A DNA stretch of 64,000 bases, taken from assembly GCA_963742735.1 (NCBI GenBank), contig CAVUMN010000002.1, positions 128,001 to 192,000 of the forward strand, given 5' to 3'. The translations under genes and the position numbers were made by a program. This document shows, piece by piece, positions 40,266 through 51,391 of this stretch; positions within the stretch are counted from its first letter, which is position 1; each line of letters begins with the position of its first letter. Under the pieces are notes generated by a model. The model saw only the letters and a program-made list of their open reading frames with translations. It did no database searches and was not told the origin of the DNA. This DNA is from an uncultured Actinomycetes bacterium. GTDB lineage: Bacteria > Actinomycetota > UBA4738 > JBBDTT01.

Positions 40266-41666
40266 ATGAAGGGATCCAGGCGATGGTCGAGCGTGGGCCT
40301 GGTGATGGGGGTGCTGCTCGGGGCGGCGCTCCTCGCGGTCGGCCGGAGCGCGGCCGGCCCCACGGGCACGCTCCAGCCCGACGCCGGTACTCCCGAGATC
40401 GACGTCGTGCACCGGAGCCCGCTGCTCGTGCTCCCCGGTGAGGCGGCCGCGCTCGACTACGAGGTGGTCTGCCCGACGGCCGACCCGAACGCGTCCTGCC
40501 TCGGCGCGGGCGACGTGTTCGTGAGGCGCGCCGGCGCGGAGTCCTACACGCGCCTGCCGCTGGAGCGTCAGGCCGGCGGCGTGCTGCGCGCCACCCTCCC
40601 CGCCGCGTTCTCGAACACCGGCTTCGCGTACTACGCGCGCATCCACGAGGAGACGACCGGCGCGACCCGCACCCTTCCCCCCGGCGGCGCGGACGGGCCC
40701 CATCGCGTGTGGGTCATGCGCAACCTGATGACGGTGAAGCTCGGCACGCACGCCTTCGGGCACACCCGCGCGCCGGACGCGATCGTCGCCCGCGGCGCGT
40801 GGGGGAGCGGACGCGACCAGTTCGGCCTCGACGACGGGTCCGAGCAGGCCCGGGTGGGTGTGGGGTCGTTCGACGTCGCGGCGGACGGCTCGGTGGTGGT
40901 GCTCGACCAGATCAACGGCCGGATCACGACGTTCTTCCCCGGGGTGGGAACGCGTCAGGTTCCGGTGTCGCTCGCCGGAGGGCTGGGGGATCTCGCCCTC
41001 GCTCCCGACGGGCGGATGGTCGTGGTCGAGACCGGCGGGCCCGGCGCGCGGACGCCCGCGATACGGCTGCTCGCGCCGAACGGCCGGCAGATCGCCGCCG
41101 GCCAGCTGGCCGAACGCACCTCCGGCCAGGTCCGGTGGAGCCCGGCCGGCGCGGTCGTCCAGCAGACGCCGTCCGACGCCTGGATGCAGGCCACCGAGGG
41201 GACGGCCTCCGTCCTCACCGTGGCCGAGCAGGGCCTGACCGCCCGCGTGGGCCGGCTCGTCGACGCCGCCGAGATCGACGCGCTCGTGAAGGGCGTCGCC
41301 GATCCCGAGGTCGAGCTCGTCGTCGACGCCCTGTCGAACGACACCCGCTACGCGCTGGTGTCGAACGACGAGGCGCTGTTCGGCTGGCGGGTCCTCAGCG
41401 ACACGACCCTGGGCGAGGTCCAGCTGGTCGAGCCGCACCGGGACGGACTGCTCGTGGTCCAGCGGGTGTGGACCGACCGGGTGGCCGAGTTCCGGGTCCT
41501 GCACCTCACGGCGCTCGGCGTGAAGCGCCGGTTCGCGGTCCAGGCCCTCGAGTGGGCGGAGACCTCTCCGCTCAGCCAGTTCCGCTACGCGAACGGCAGC
41601 CTGTACCAGCTCCGATCGACCGAGACCGGCGCCGAGATCGCCCGGTTCTCCGTGGGAGGTGAGTGA
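40266..41666 (+). CDS. Secreted Ig-like + beta-propeller protein
   Basis: Signal peptide; SFDVAADGSVVVLDQINGRI and DLALAPDGRMVV blade-like repeats. Confidence 0.65.
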   Translation: MKGSRRWSSVGLVMGVLLGAALLAVGRSAAGPTGTLQPDAGTPEIDVVHRSPLLVLPGEAAALDYEVVCPTADPNASCLGAGDVFVRRAGAESYTRLPLERQAGGVLRATLPAAFSNTGFAYYARIHEETTGATRTLPPGGADGPHRVWVMRNLMTVKLGTHAFGHTRAPDAIVARGAWGSGRDQFGLDDGSEQARVGVGSFDVAADGSVVVLDQINGRITTFFPGVGTRQVPVSLAGGLGDLALAPDGRMVVVETGGPGARTPAIRLLAPNGRQIAAGQLAERTSGQVRWSPAGAVVQQTPSDAWMQATEGTASVLTVAEQGLTARVGRLVDAAEIDALVKGVADPEVELVVDALSNDTRYALVSNDEALFGWRVLSDTTLGEVQLVEPHRDGLLVVQRVWTDRVAEFRVLHLTALGVKRRFAVQALEWAETSPLSQFRYANGSLYQLRSTETGAEIARFSVGGE

Positions 41667-42339
41667 GGTGACGGCCCGCCGGTTCGCGGCGAGCGCCTTG
41701 CTGGGGCTCGTCCTGGTGGCGGTGTGCGGCGTCCCGTGGGCGGCGGCGAACCACACCAACTTCCAGGACACGTGCGCCGGCGGCGCGTACAACATCACCT
41801 CGAAGATGAAGCGGTCCCAGTCGCGCGGCTACGCCGCTGTCGCCCGGTACGAGGGCTATCAGTGGGGCGGCGGGTGCTGGAACAACAACAACACGGACGA
41901 CGCGCCCGGCGATCCCACCGGAGATCCCAACTCCAACGGTGAGGGGGGCGACTGCTCCGGGTTCACCGCGAAGGCCTGGTACCTGCGGCCGGACACCAGC
42001 CAGTCCGGGTTCCGGATCCACGACGCCATGGAGAACTACCACGGGCCGCTGCAGGCCTGGGAGTACCGGGACGGCGTCAGCGCGCCGGTGTTCAACATCG
42101 CCAAGGCCGACGCGATCATGATGGACGCGTTCGCCTCCGGCGGCCACGTCGCCACGATCTACGCCACGTACTCCTACAACGCCGACGACATGATCGAGGC
42201 GCGGGGCGAGGCGTACGGGACCGGCATCTGGCGCCAGACGTACCGGGGCAACCCCGACTACGCGGGCGTCCGCCGGGCCATGTGGCAGCTCGAATGCCAC
42301 CCGAACTGCGCGGGCGCAGAATCGGAACCGGAGGCGTAG
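41659..42339 (+). CDS. Secreted NlpC/P60-like cysteine peptidase
   Basis: Signal peptide; YQWGG, DCSGF, GHV..Y, IEA. Confidence 0.75.
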   Translation: MSEVTARRFAASALLGLVLVAVCGVPWAAANHTNFQDTCAGGAYNITSKMKRSQSRGYAAVARYEGYQWGGGCWNNNNTDDAPGDPTGDPNSNGEGGDCSGFTAKAWYLRPDTSQSGFRIHDAMENYHGPLQAWEYRDGVSAPVFNIAKADAIMMDAFASGGHVATIYATYSYNADDMIEARGEAYGTGIWRQTYRGNPDYAGVRRAMWQLECHPNCAGAESEPEA

Positions 42340-42357
42340 GGACGTGATGAGAGAGGG

Positions 42358-43053
42358 GTGGTGACCGTGCGGAGGTGGACGGGTCTCCCGTTGTTGCTGG
42401 CGATCGCGGTCTGGGGCTCCGCGTGCGTCGGGGAGCCCGACGTCCCGCCCACGGTCACCACCCCCGCCACCTCCGGCACGCCGTTGGAGGACCACCCGGA
42501 CCTGGGCTTCGCGGTCTGGCCGGAGGACACGGAAGAGGGCGCCTTCGCCGCCTCGGAGAACCCGAAGCCGTACCGGTTCGACGCCGAGGAGACGGCCCTC
42601 GCCTTCGCGTCGGACGTCCTGGCCTGGGACGACGCGTCCACCGAGTCCTACGACGGGCCCGTGGAGTGCGGCGACCGGACGTGCCTCCTCGTTCGCCGAG
42701 AGCCCGGGGGACCGGCCGCGCTGGTCATCGTGGCCCAGCTGGTCCCGGAGCTGTGGTCGGTCACCTACGTCGGCTCGCCCGATGACACCTCGATCGCGCT
42801 CAGCCTGGGCGTGGAGGGCTCGAAGGTGAACGCCGTCTTCGACCTCGGCGACGCCTCCTCGGCCCGGTTGGTCGTCGGCTACGGCGGCCGCGGAGGGATG
42901 CACGTCTACCTGGAGACCTCCACGAAGCCCTGGGACCTCGGCTTCGAGCCCGACACGACCGGCCACTACCTCCTGACCTTCAGAGACGCCGACGGAGTGG
43001 TGACCGCCGCCCTCGGCGCCCCCCTCCCCAAGGGCGACCTGGCTGCGGGCTGA
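42358..43053 (+). CDS. Acidic lipoprotein
   Basis: Lipobox GSAC after a hydrophobic stretch. Confidence 0.65.
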   Translation: MVTVRRWTGLPLLLAIAVWGSACVGEPDVPPTVTTPATSGTPLEDHPDLGFAVWPEDTEEGAFAASENPKPYRFDAEETALAFASDVLAWDDASTESYDGPVECGDRTCLLVRREPGGPAALVIVAQLVPELWSVTYVGSPDDTSIALSLGVEGSKVNAVFDLGDASSARLVVGYGGRGGMHVYLETSTKPWDLGFEPDTTGHYLLTFRDADGVVTAALGAPLPKGDLAAG

Positions 43054-43113
43054 TTGACTCCCGATCCGAAAGGCGTAGCTTGGTGGAGGTCGACTCGGCC
43101 CCTGAGAGGAGCC

Positions 43114-43320
43114 ATGGAGGAGCAGCCGGCAGGCCAAGAGGTCCACAGCGAAGACGAAGGCGCGCCACCCGGTTTCATGGATCGTCCCGAGGTAAAAGCC
43201 GCGGTCGAGCGTGCGCTCCAGTCGGTTGGGAAGCACAGGATTCGTCCTGGACTAACGGGCGACCAGGCGCTTCGTCAGCTCCGTGAGTCCGGGTATCTGG
43301 AGGCTGGACGCAGCCAGTGA
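43114..43320 (+). CDS. Putative antitoxin, module B (PPGFMDRPEVK motif)
   Basis: GAGGAG SD; paralogue of 39020-39232. Confidence 0.6.
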   Translation: MEEQPAGQEVHSEDEGAPPGFMDRPEVKAAVERALQSVGKHRIRPGLTGDQALRQLRESGYLEAGRSQ

Positions 43321-43543
43321 GCTCGGCATCCTTGTCCGGTGGGAGCTGGGTGAAGCGGATAGGTCGGTGCGACGCCGAGTCCGCGAGTTCATCGATCAAC
43401 TTCTAAGTGACCCCGTCGGTCGCGGACGTGAAGAGGTGCCTGGAGTCTTCTCTGCACGGGTTCCACAGACGGACGTCACGCTCGTCTGGACGGTCCGCTT
43501 TGACGAGCAGCTCGTAGTGCTGGCCGTTGTCGGCCGCGGCTGA
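43283..43543 (+). CDS. Putative RelE/ParE-like toxin, module B
   Basis: 86 aa; helix RRRVREFIDQLLSDP followed by strands VFSARV, TLVWTV, LVVLAVV. Confidence 0.6.
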   Translation: MSPGIWRLDAASELGILVRWELGEADRSVRRRVREFIDQLLSDPVGRGREEVPGVFSARVPQTDVTLVWTVRFDEQLVVLAVVGRG

Positions 43544-43587
43544 GGCTCTCTGGTTGACACAGAATCTGTGAGCACGAGAATCGATTC

Positions 43588-43758
43588 ATGCGGAGGGTGA
43601 CTGTGCGGCTCGACGAGAGGGCGGCCCGGTGGGCCCGAATCGAGGCTGCCAAGCGCGACATGAGTGTCTCCGCTCTGATCCGCGAGCTCCTCGGCGAAAA
43701 GATGAGGCGAGAGACTTCCCCTCTTCGCCTCGGGCCGAATGAGCTGACTCGGTGCTGA
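43588..43758 (+). CDS. Orphan RHH/CopG antitoxin-like protein
   Basis: MRRVTVRLDERAARWARIEAAKRDMSVSALIRELL; upstream TTGACA overlapped by palindrome CACAGA-A-TCTGTG. Confidence 0.65.
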   Translation: MRRVTVRLDERAARWARIEAAKRDMSVSALIRELLGEKMRRETSPLRLGPNELTRC

Positions 43759-43786
43759 GCCCCTGGCGCCTTGCTAGCCTCGGTGG

Positions 43787-44395
43787 GTGGGGTTTCTCGG
43801 CCGGCATCGCATCTTCGCGACGCTCCTGCTGATCGTCGTTCTGGCGGTCGGCCTGGTCGGCGTCACGGCGGTCTCGGTGTGGCAGGCCGCGCACAACGAC
43901 GAGGCCTCACGGGTCGATCACGCGGACGCGATCGTGGTCCTCGGGGCCGCCCAGTACAACGGCCGGCCCTCGCCGGTCTTCCAAGCCCGGCTCGACCACG
44001 CCCTGAGCATGTTCCGCAACGGGTTCAGCGACCGGATCATCGTGGCCGGCGGCGGCCGGGCGGGCGACGTCTACACCGAGGGCGAGGCCGGCCGCGAGTA
44101 CCTGATGGGCGAGGGCGTCCCGCTCGAGTCCGTGAACGCGTCGGAGCAAGGGAACACGACCGTGCAGAGCCTGCGCGCGGTCGCCGATCTCATGCGGTCC
44201 GAGGGCCTGGACTCGGCGTTCCTGGTCTCCGACCCATGGCATAACCTGCGGGTCCGGCGGATGGCCCGCGACCTGGGGATCACCGCCTACGTCAGCGCCA
44301 CCGGCGCGTCGGCGGCGCGCTCCCAGGAGACCCGGTTCTCCGGCTACACCCGCGAGACGTTCGCCTACCTCTGGTACCGCGTCACGGGCCGGTAG
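43787..44395 (+). CDS. YdcF/DUF218 family protein
   Basis: ADAIVVLGAA, ARLDHA, AGG, NT, VSDPWH..R, RE. Confidence 0.85.
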   Translation: MGFLGRHRIFATLLLIVVLAVGLVGVTAVSVWQAAHNDEASRVDHADAIVVLGAAQYNGRPSPVFQARLDHALSMFRNGFSDRIIVAGGGRAGDVYTEGEAGREYLMGEGVPLESVNASEQGNTTVQSLRAVADLMRSEGLDSAFLVSDPWHNLRVRRMARDLGITAYVSATGASAARSQETRFSGYTRETFAYLWYRVTGR

Positions 44396-44549
44396 CGCTG
44401 CCCTCCTCGGTCGTCTCGACCGAGGCCGCCTCGGGGTCGAAGGTGCCCTCCTGCTCCAGGAACGTGTCCAGAGATCCGCATTGAGGACACTCGCCCATGC
44501 GGTTCTGCGATTTGTGTCCGCACACGGAGCACTCGTAGTAGCTGGGCAT
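44382..44549 (-). CDS. 55-aa rubredoxin-like Zn ribbon (RadA/LapB-type)
   Basis: YECSVCGHKSQNRMGECPQCGSLDTF plus acidic tail; GGAGG SD; missed by the ORF track. Confidence 0.7.
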   Translation of the reverse strand: MPSYYECSVCGHKSQNRMGECPQCGSLDTFLEQEGTFDPEAASVETTEEGSATGP

Positions 44550-44638
44550 GCGCTCACCTCCAGACGCCGTCCCTACCCGGGTCGCGAAGCAAGCAAACGG
44601 CCTCCGGGGGTGTCGGAGGGCCGTGCTAGTCTCGGAAC

Positions 44639-45640
44639 GTGACGAGCGTCCGTGAGCGCACGGAGGCCATCGAGCGCGACACCCTCTCCCCGCGGGCCGT
44701 TCGCTCCGCCGAGTCCAAGGGCCGCGAGGTCGAGGAGCCGCTGCATCCGCTGCGGACCGCGTTCCAGCGCGACCGCGACCGGATCATCCACTCGAAGGCC
44801 TTCCGCCGGCTGAAGCACAAGACCCAGGTGTTCATCGCCCCCGAGGGCGACCACTACCGGGTCCGGCTCACCCACACCCTCGAGGTCTCCCAGATCGCCC
44901 GCACCATCGCCCGGGCCCTGCGCCTGAACGAGGACCTCACCGAGGCCATCGCCCTCGGCCACGACCTGGGCCACACCCCGTTCGGCCACCTCGGCGAGCA
45001 GGCCCTGACCCCCTTGCTCGGCCGGCCCTTCAAGCACAGCGAACAGTCCCTGCGCATCGTCGAGCACCTCGAGAACGACGGGAGAGGCCTGAACCTCAGC
45101 TGGGAGGTCCGCGACGGCATCCTGAACCACCCCTGGTCCATGCAGATGCCGGCCACCCTCGAGGGCCAGGTGGCCCGCCTGTCCGACCGGGTCGCCTACG
45201 TGAACCACGACATCGACGACGCCATGCGCGCCGGCATCATCGCCGAGGACGACCTCCCCGACCACGTCCGCGACGCCCTCGGCGCCACCCACGCCGAGCG
45301 GATCGACACCCTGGTCGCCGACGCCGTCGAGTACAGCGAGGACCGCCCCGAGGTCGGCCTGAGCGAGCCGGTCGCCGAGGCCCTCGACGTCCTGCGCACG
45401 TTCATGTTCGAGCGCGTCTACGTGCGCACCGACGCCGCCGAGGAGCAGGACAAGGCCATCGGCCTGGTCCGCAGCCTGTTCGCCCACTATCTGGACCATC
45501 CCGACGAGATCCCGCCCGAGTACCATCTGGCTCCGGGCGACACGACCACCCGCGTCGCCGACTACATCGCGGGGATGACCGACCGCTACGCCCTGCGGAT
45601 GTACGAACAGATCTTCCTTCCCCAGGGATGGTTGCTGTAG
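44639..45640 (+). CDS. dgt: Deoxyguanosinetriphosphate triphosphohydrolase
   Basis: FQRDRDRIIHSKAFRRLKHKTQV, RLTHTLEV, HDLGHTPFGH, DYIAGMTD. Confidence 0.95.
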   Translation: MTSVRERTEAIERDTLSPRAVRSAESKGREVEEPLHPLRTAFQRDRDRIIHSKAFRRLKHKTQVFIAPEGDHYRVRLTHTLEVSQIARTIARALRLNEDLTEAIALGHDLGHTPFGHLGEQALTPLLGRPFKHSEQSLRIVEHLENDGRGLNLSWEVRDGILNHPWSMQMPATLEGQVARLSDRVAYVNHDIDDAMRAGIIAEDDLPDHVRDALGATHAERIDTLVADAVEYSEDRPEVGLSEPVAEALDVLRTFMFERVYVRTDAAEEQDKAIGLVRSLFAHYLDHPDEIPPEYHLAPGDTTTRVADYIAGMTDRYALRMYEQIFLPQGWLL

Positions 45641-45643
45641 GGG

Positions 45644-47448
45644 ATGCCGGGCCGGATCCGTAACGAGGACATCGACCTGGTCCGCGACCGCTCGGACATC
45701 GTCGGCGTCGTGGGCCAGTACCTCCAGCTGCGCAAGGCCGGTCGCGACTCCTTCGTCGGCCTGTGCCCGTTCCACCAGGAGAAGACGCCCAGCTTCAACG
45801 TCAGCCAGAACAAGCAGGTCTACCACTGCCACGGCTGCGACGCCTCGGGCAACGTCTTCAAGTTCATCCAGAACATCGAGAACCTCTCGTTCCCCGAGGC
45901 CGTCGAGCGCCTGGCCCAGCAGGTCGGCGTGACCCTTCGCTACGAGGGCCTCACCGCCCAGGACCGCCAGGCCTACTCGCGCAAGCGGGCCCTGCACGCC
46001 GCGAACGAGGAGGCCGCCGAGATCTACCACCGCTACCTGGTCGAGTCGCCGGACGCCGCCGAGGCCCGCGCCTACCTGAACGGCCGGGGGATCACCGAGG
46101 AGACCGCCAAGGAGTTCAAGATCGGCCTGGCCCCGAAGGCCTCGGACTTCCTGCTCCGGCGCCTGACCGGTGGCGGCAAGTTCTCGCCGGAGCTGCTCAT
46201 CGAGGCCGGCCTGGCCTCGAAGGGCGCCGACGGCCGTGTGTTCGACCGGTTCCGCAACCGGGTCATGTTCCCCACCAACGACCTCACCGGCCAGGCCGTG
46301 GGCTTCGGCGGCCGCATCCTGGACGACGGCCAGCCGAAGTACCTGAACACCGCGGAGACGCCCGTCTTCCACAAGGGTGACCTGATGTACAACCTCGACC
46401 GCGCGAAGGGCCCGATCAGCGCGAGCGGCCGGGCCATCGTCGTCGAGGGCTACACCGACGTGATCCTGCTCGAGCAGGCCGGCATCCTCGGCGCCATCGC
46501 CACCAACGGGACGGCGCTGGGCGAGGGCCACTTCCGGCTGATCTCCCGCTTCGCCGAGGTGGCGATCCTGGTCTTCGACCCCGACGCCGCCGGGGGCCGG
46601 GCCGCCGCCCGCGCGTACGAGTTCCACGAGAAGTTCGAGGTGCAGGCCCGGGTCCTGGTCCTGCCCGACGGGCTCGACCCCGCCGACTTCGTGGCCGCCC
46701 GCGGCGCCGAGGCGTTCGAGGCCCTCGCCGCGAAGGCCGTCCCCCTGGTCGAGTTCATGATCGCCCGGGCCCTGGCCGACCGGACCCTCGACACCCCCGA
46801 GGACCGCGTCCGCGGCGGTCCAGGCCGCGCTGCCCATCGTCACCGGCCTCGCCGACCCCGTGCGCCGCGAGCAGTACGCCAGCCTGCTGGCCGACCGGGT
46901 CGGCGTCACCATCGAGGCGGTGCTGCTCGAGCTCCAGCGGTCGTCGTCCTCCTCGGCCCGGCCGTCGCCCGAGGCGGTGCGGGCCGCGGCCGCTCGCGTG
47001 CCCCCGCACCAGAAGCGTGGAGCGCGAGGCGTTGAAGCTGCTGCTCCTCGGCGAGGACGCCGGCGAGATCGTCGGGGCCCTCGAGCCGGAGCGCTTCCAG
47101 ACCGCCCTGCATCGCCGCGCGTTCGAGGTCATCCGCGAGCGGGGCAACGACGTCGCCGGGTACGTGAACGACCTCGGCGACGAACCGCTCGCCAACCGGC
47201 TGACCGAGCTGACCGTCGAGCCGCTCGAGGGCGAGCCCACCCGCGAGTACGCGGAGGGTGTCCGGCTGCGCCTCGAGGAGTTCGCCGTGAGCAAGCAGAT
47301 CGGACAGTTGCTCAAGCAGATGCAGCCCATGAACCCGCTCGCGAACCAGGCCGAGTACGACCAGCTGTTCCAGCAGCTGATGGAGCTCGAGGCGCGCCGC
47401 CGCCGCCTCCGCGAACAGGTCGGGGAGACCCCCGCCGGCGTGTCGTGA
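45644..47448 (+). CDS. dnaG: DNA primase (frameshifts near 46814 and 47016, probably errors)
   Basis: CPFHQEKTPSF..CHGC, RFRNRVMFP, KYLNT, VEGYTDV, DPDAAG, DPAD. Confidence 0.95.
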
Positions 47449-47542
47449 TTCGAGGCTCCCAGCAGGGTCGACGTCCGATTTGGCCTGCTACTCTCGGGGT
47501 CGCCCAGAACACTTGGCAAGACATCGTTCCGAAGGGAAATCC

Positions 47543-48852
<1,310 letters not shown>

Positions 48853-48856
48853 GGCG

Positions 48857-49159
48857 CTACGGCGTCGCCGCAGCCCCCGGAAGCGCCAGGTCGGGATCCG
48901 GCGTGGCGTCGTCGTCCTTGTGCAGCCGCTCCTTGATCGCCTGGCCGGTCTTGCCGACGCCCTCCGACACCGCGTGGATGCCCTTGGTCGCGCCGGCCGC
49001 CGCGAGCTCCTTGCCCTTCTCGGCCGCGGCGTGCACCTGCGGGTTGCCCATGACCTTGCCCCATGTTGCGCGGATCTGCTCGTAGCGCTGCCGCCCCGCC
49101 TTGGCCCCGAGCACGTACCCGATGCCGCCGCCGATGATCAGTCCCCGCTTGAACCCCAT
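48857..49159 (-). CDS. Small actinobacterial membrane-associated protein (YtxH-like)
   Basis: GLIIGGGIGYVLGAKAGRQRYEQI; GAGGAGG SD. Confidence 0.7.
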   Translation of the reverse strand: MGFKRGLIIGGGIGYVLGAKAGRQRYEQIRATWGKVMGNPQVHAAAEKGKELAAAGATKGIHAVSEGVGKTGQAIKERLHKDDDATPDPDLALPGAAATP

Positions 49160-49224
49160 GCCGGCCTCCTCGCCACTTGGTCTTTCCCATTGTCCTTGCC
49201 GGGCGGGGTTCCGGCCAAACCCGG

Positions 49225-50712
49225 CTAGGAGACCGTGATCGCCGCGGCGGCGGAGTAGCCGGAGAACTTGCCGTTCGACGTGCGCTTCAGCCGGGCCCGG
49301 AACTGGTACGTGCCCGCCCCGGCGTCGGGGACGAAGGACGAGCTCACCGCGCGCGAGCCGGCCTTCCACATGGCGAAGAACGACGCCCCCGGCCGCCAGA
49401 TCTGCACGTCGTAGACGTAGCCCGTGGGCGGGATCGCCGAGGCCCACGTGACGGCGAAGCTGCTGGACGTCCCCCCGGTCCCCGGCGACGCCGAGATCGG
49501 GACCTTCACCGTCCCCTTCATCGACGGGTGCAGCGCGCACCCGAACGGGTAGCTCCCCGCCCCGTTGAACGCTCTCGAGAACGTGGCACCCGGGCTCCGG
49601 TTCCCCGACGCGTAGGCCGTCATCCCGGAGGTGTCGTCCACCGTGTGGCTGCTCGGCCCGTCGAACCGCCAGGTCAGCACGGTCCCGCGCGAAACCGAGG
49701 AGTTCGCGGGGGAGTACGAGAAGTCGCGCACGGCCACCGTCGACACCGGCGTCGACGTCTTGAACTGTCCCGAGTTCGGGGTGACCATGATCGAGGAGGT
49801 GTCGACCGCCTCGAACGCGCTGGCGGGGATGGACTTCAGCTCGTCCAGCAGGTCGGTGTTCCAGCCGTCCTCGGCCGATCCCTGGAAGAACCAATCCGAG
49901 CCGTTGTCCGCGACCATCATCCCGTAGGCCTTGAACGCGCGAAGGATGACCTGCGTGTCGGCCCGGTACGAGGAGATGTTGAAGGTCGACTTCATCCGGA
50001 ACCGCGCGCCCATCGGGGGCAGGTTGGGGTCGCTCGCCGCGCCGGCCTGGTGCCGCGCGGGCCAGACGTAGGACCGGTCGGTCCGCGAGGCCGTGACGCG
50101 GATCGCGTGGTCGATCACCCCGCGCTGGACCTCGTCCAGGCGCACGAGCCCCGCGAAGATCGGCAGCCCCGCCGCGTCGGCGGACGTCCACCCGGCCGGC
50201 CGAAGCGCGTTCGAGCGGAGGTCGAAGACCGCCCCCGAGCCGGCGTCCGAGCCGTTGTTCGGCGCGAAGTGCGCGTCGTAGAGCTCGTAGAGCTTGCAGT
50301 TGTCCTTGTCGAGCATGATCGCGTGCTCGTCGCCTTCACCGAGCTCGATGGGAGTGTCCGCGTCGAACGGGTACGGGCCGGGGTCGCTCTCGTCGTCGTA
50401 GAGGAAGCTCACCGAGACCTTGGCGTGGTTCCCGGGGACGACCTCGTAGGGGAGCCCGTACGGCATCGACTCGCCGGAGGGCCCGAAGTCGGGATGGAGC
50501 TTGCGGGTGCCCCCGCCCATCGAGGCGATCCACGCCGCGCTGCGCGAGTGCACCGGCAGCGTGGAGACGTTCGCGTGCCACACGTTGTCGGCCGGGAAGA
50601 CGGGACAGGCCTCGGCGCCGGGCGGCCCCACGGAGGGGCTCGCCGCCGGGGCGCCCTCACTCGTGCAGGCCACCAGGACGGCGACGGCCACCAGCGCCGA
50701 GAGCCGCTTCAT
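49225..50712 (-). CDS. Lipoprotein with uncharacterised catalytic domain, cupredoxin-like domain and FN3-like tail
   Basis: Lipobox LVAC; WTSADAAGLP, IDHAIR, YGMMVADNG; HTV...C..H..MKG. Confidence 0.7.
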   Translation of the reverse strand: MKRLSALVAVAVLVACTSEGAPAASPSVGPPGAEACPVFPADNVWHANVSTLPVHSRSAAWIASMGGGTRKLHPDFGPSGESMPYGLPYEVVPGNHAKVSVSFLYDDESDPGPYPFDADTPIELGEGDEHAIMLDKDNCKLYELYDAHFAPNNGSDAGSGAVFDLRSNALRPAGWTSADAAGLPIFAGLVRLDEVQRGVIDHAIRVTASRTDRSYVWPARHQAGAASDPNLPPMGARFRMKSTFNISSYRADTQVILRAFKAYGMMVADNGSDWFFQGSAEDGWNTDLLDELKSIPASAFEAVDTSSIMVTPNSGQFKTSTPVSTVAVRDFSYSPANSSVSRGTVLTWRFDGPSSHTVDDTSGMTAYASGNRSPGATFSRAFNGAGSYPFGCALHPSMKGTVKVPISASPGTGGTSSSFAVTWASAIPPTGYVYDVQIWRPGASFFAMWKAGSRAVSSSFVPDAGAGTYQFRARLKRTSNGKFSGYSAAAAITVS

Positions 50713-50777
50713 GGAAGCAGTATCGGCCGCCGGGCTCGCAAAGGTGAGCGCTGGGCCGCTGCTACACTCGCGGCCGA

Positions 50778-50850
50778 TCCGGGGTAGCTCAATCGGTAGA
50801 GCGGCGGACTGTTAATCCGTAGGTTGTGGGTTCGAGTCCCACCCCCGGAG
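50778..50850 (+). tRNA. tRNA-Asn (GTT)
   Basis: TCCGGGG/CCCCGGA acceptor stem, CTGTTAA anticodon loop, GGTTCGAGT T-arm. Confidence 0.95.
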
Positions 50851-50893
50851 CTCCGAAGCCGCAGGTCAATTGGCACTCAGTAGGGTTGTCTCG

Positions 50894-51391
50894 ATGTCGA
50901 GGGTCTTGGTGACTGGGATGTCGGGAACCGGCAAGTCGTCGGCTCTCGCCGAACTTGGCCGACGCGGGTATCGCGTCGTGGACACCGGTGACCCGGGCTG
51001 GCGCGAGTATCGCGAGGATGTTGAGTCCTCCGACGAGTTGCACCGTGGGGAGTGGCTCTGGGTCGAGGAAAAGATCACCGGGCTGCTGGACTCCGATGAT
51101 GGTCGATCGCTCTTCGTTGAAGGGTGCGTGAGGAACCAGGCGAAGTTCTACGACCGTTTCACGGCGGTCGTCCTGCTCAGCGCCTCTGCTGACGTGATCC
51201 TTGAGCGGGTCGCACGCAGAACGACGAACAACTACGGAAAGACTCCCTTGGAACGAGCGATGATCCTGGATGACCTCGCCCGGGTCGAGCCGCTCCTCAG
51301 GGAGGGCTGCACGCATGAGCTGGATGCCAGCCGACCGCTCGACGACATCGTCGCCGACCTGACCGCGATCGCGTCGCTTCGAACTGACTAG
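50894..51391 (+). CDS. AAA/NMP-kinase-like P-loop protein
   Basis: VLVTGMSGTGKSS, VVLLSA, RTTNNYGK. Confidence 0.8.
   Translation: MSRVLVTGMSGTGKSSALAELGRRGYRVVDTGDPGWREYREDVESSDELHRGEWLWVEEKITGLLDSDDGRSLFVEGCVRNQAKFYDRFTAVVLLSASADVILERVARRTTNNYGKTPLERAMILDDLARVEPLLREGCTHELDASRPLDDIVADLTAIASLRTD

Noticed and set aside
44573-46912. 779-aa antisense ORF, and similar long ORFs opposite ppdK and the DUF4062 gene
   Set aside because: Mirror-frame artefacts of GC3-biased coding strands with no recognisable motifs
50851-51391. Integrative element at tRNA-Asn
   Set aside because: One slightly lower-GC gene follows, but I found no integrase or duplicated tRNA 3' end
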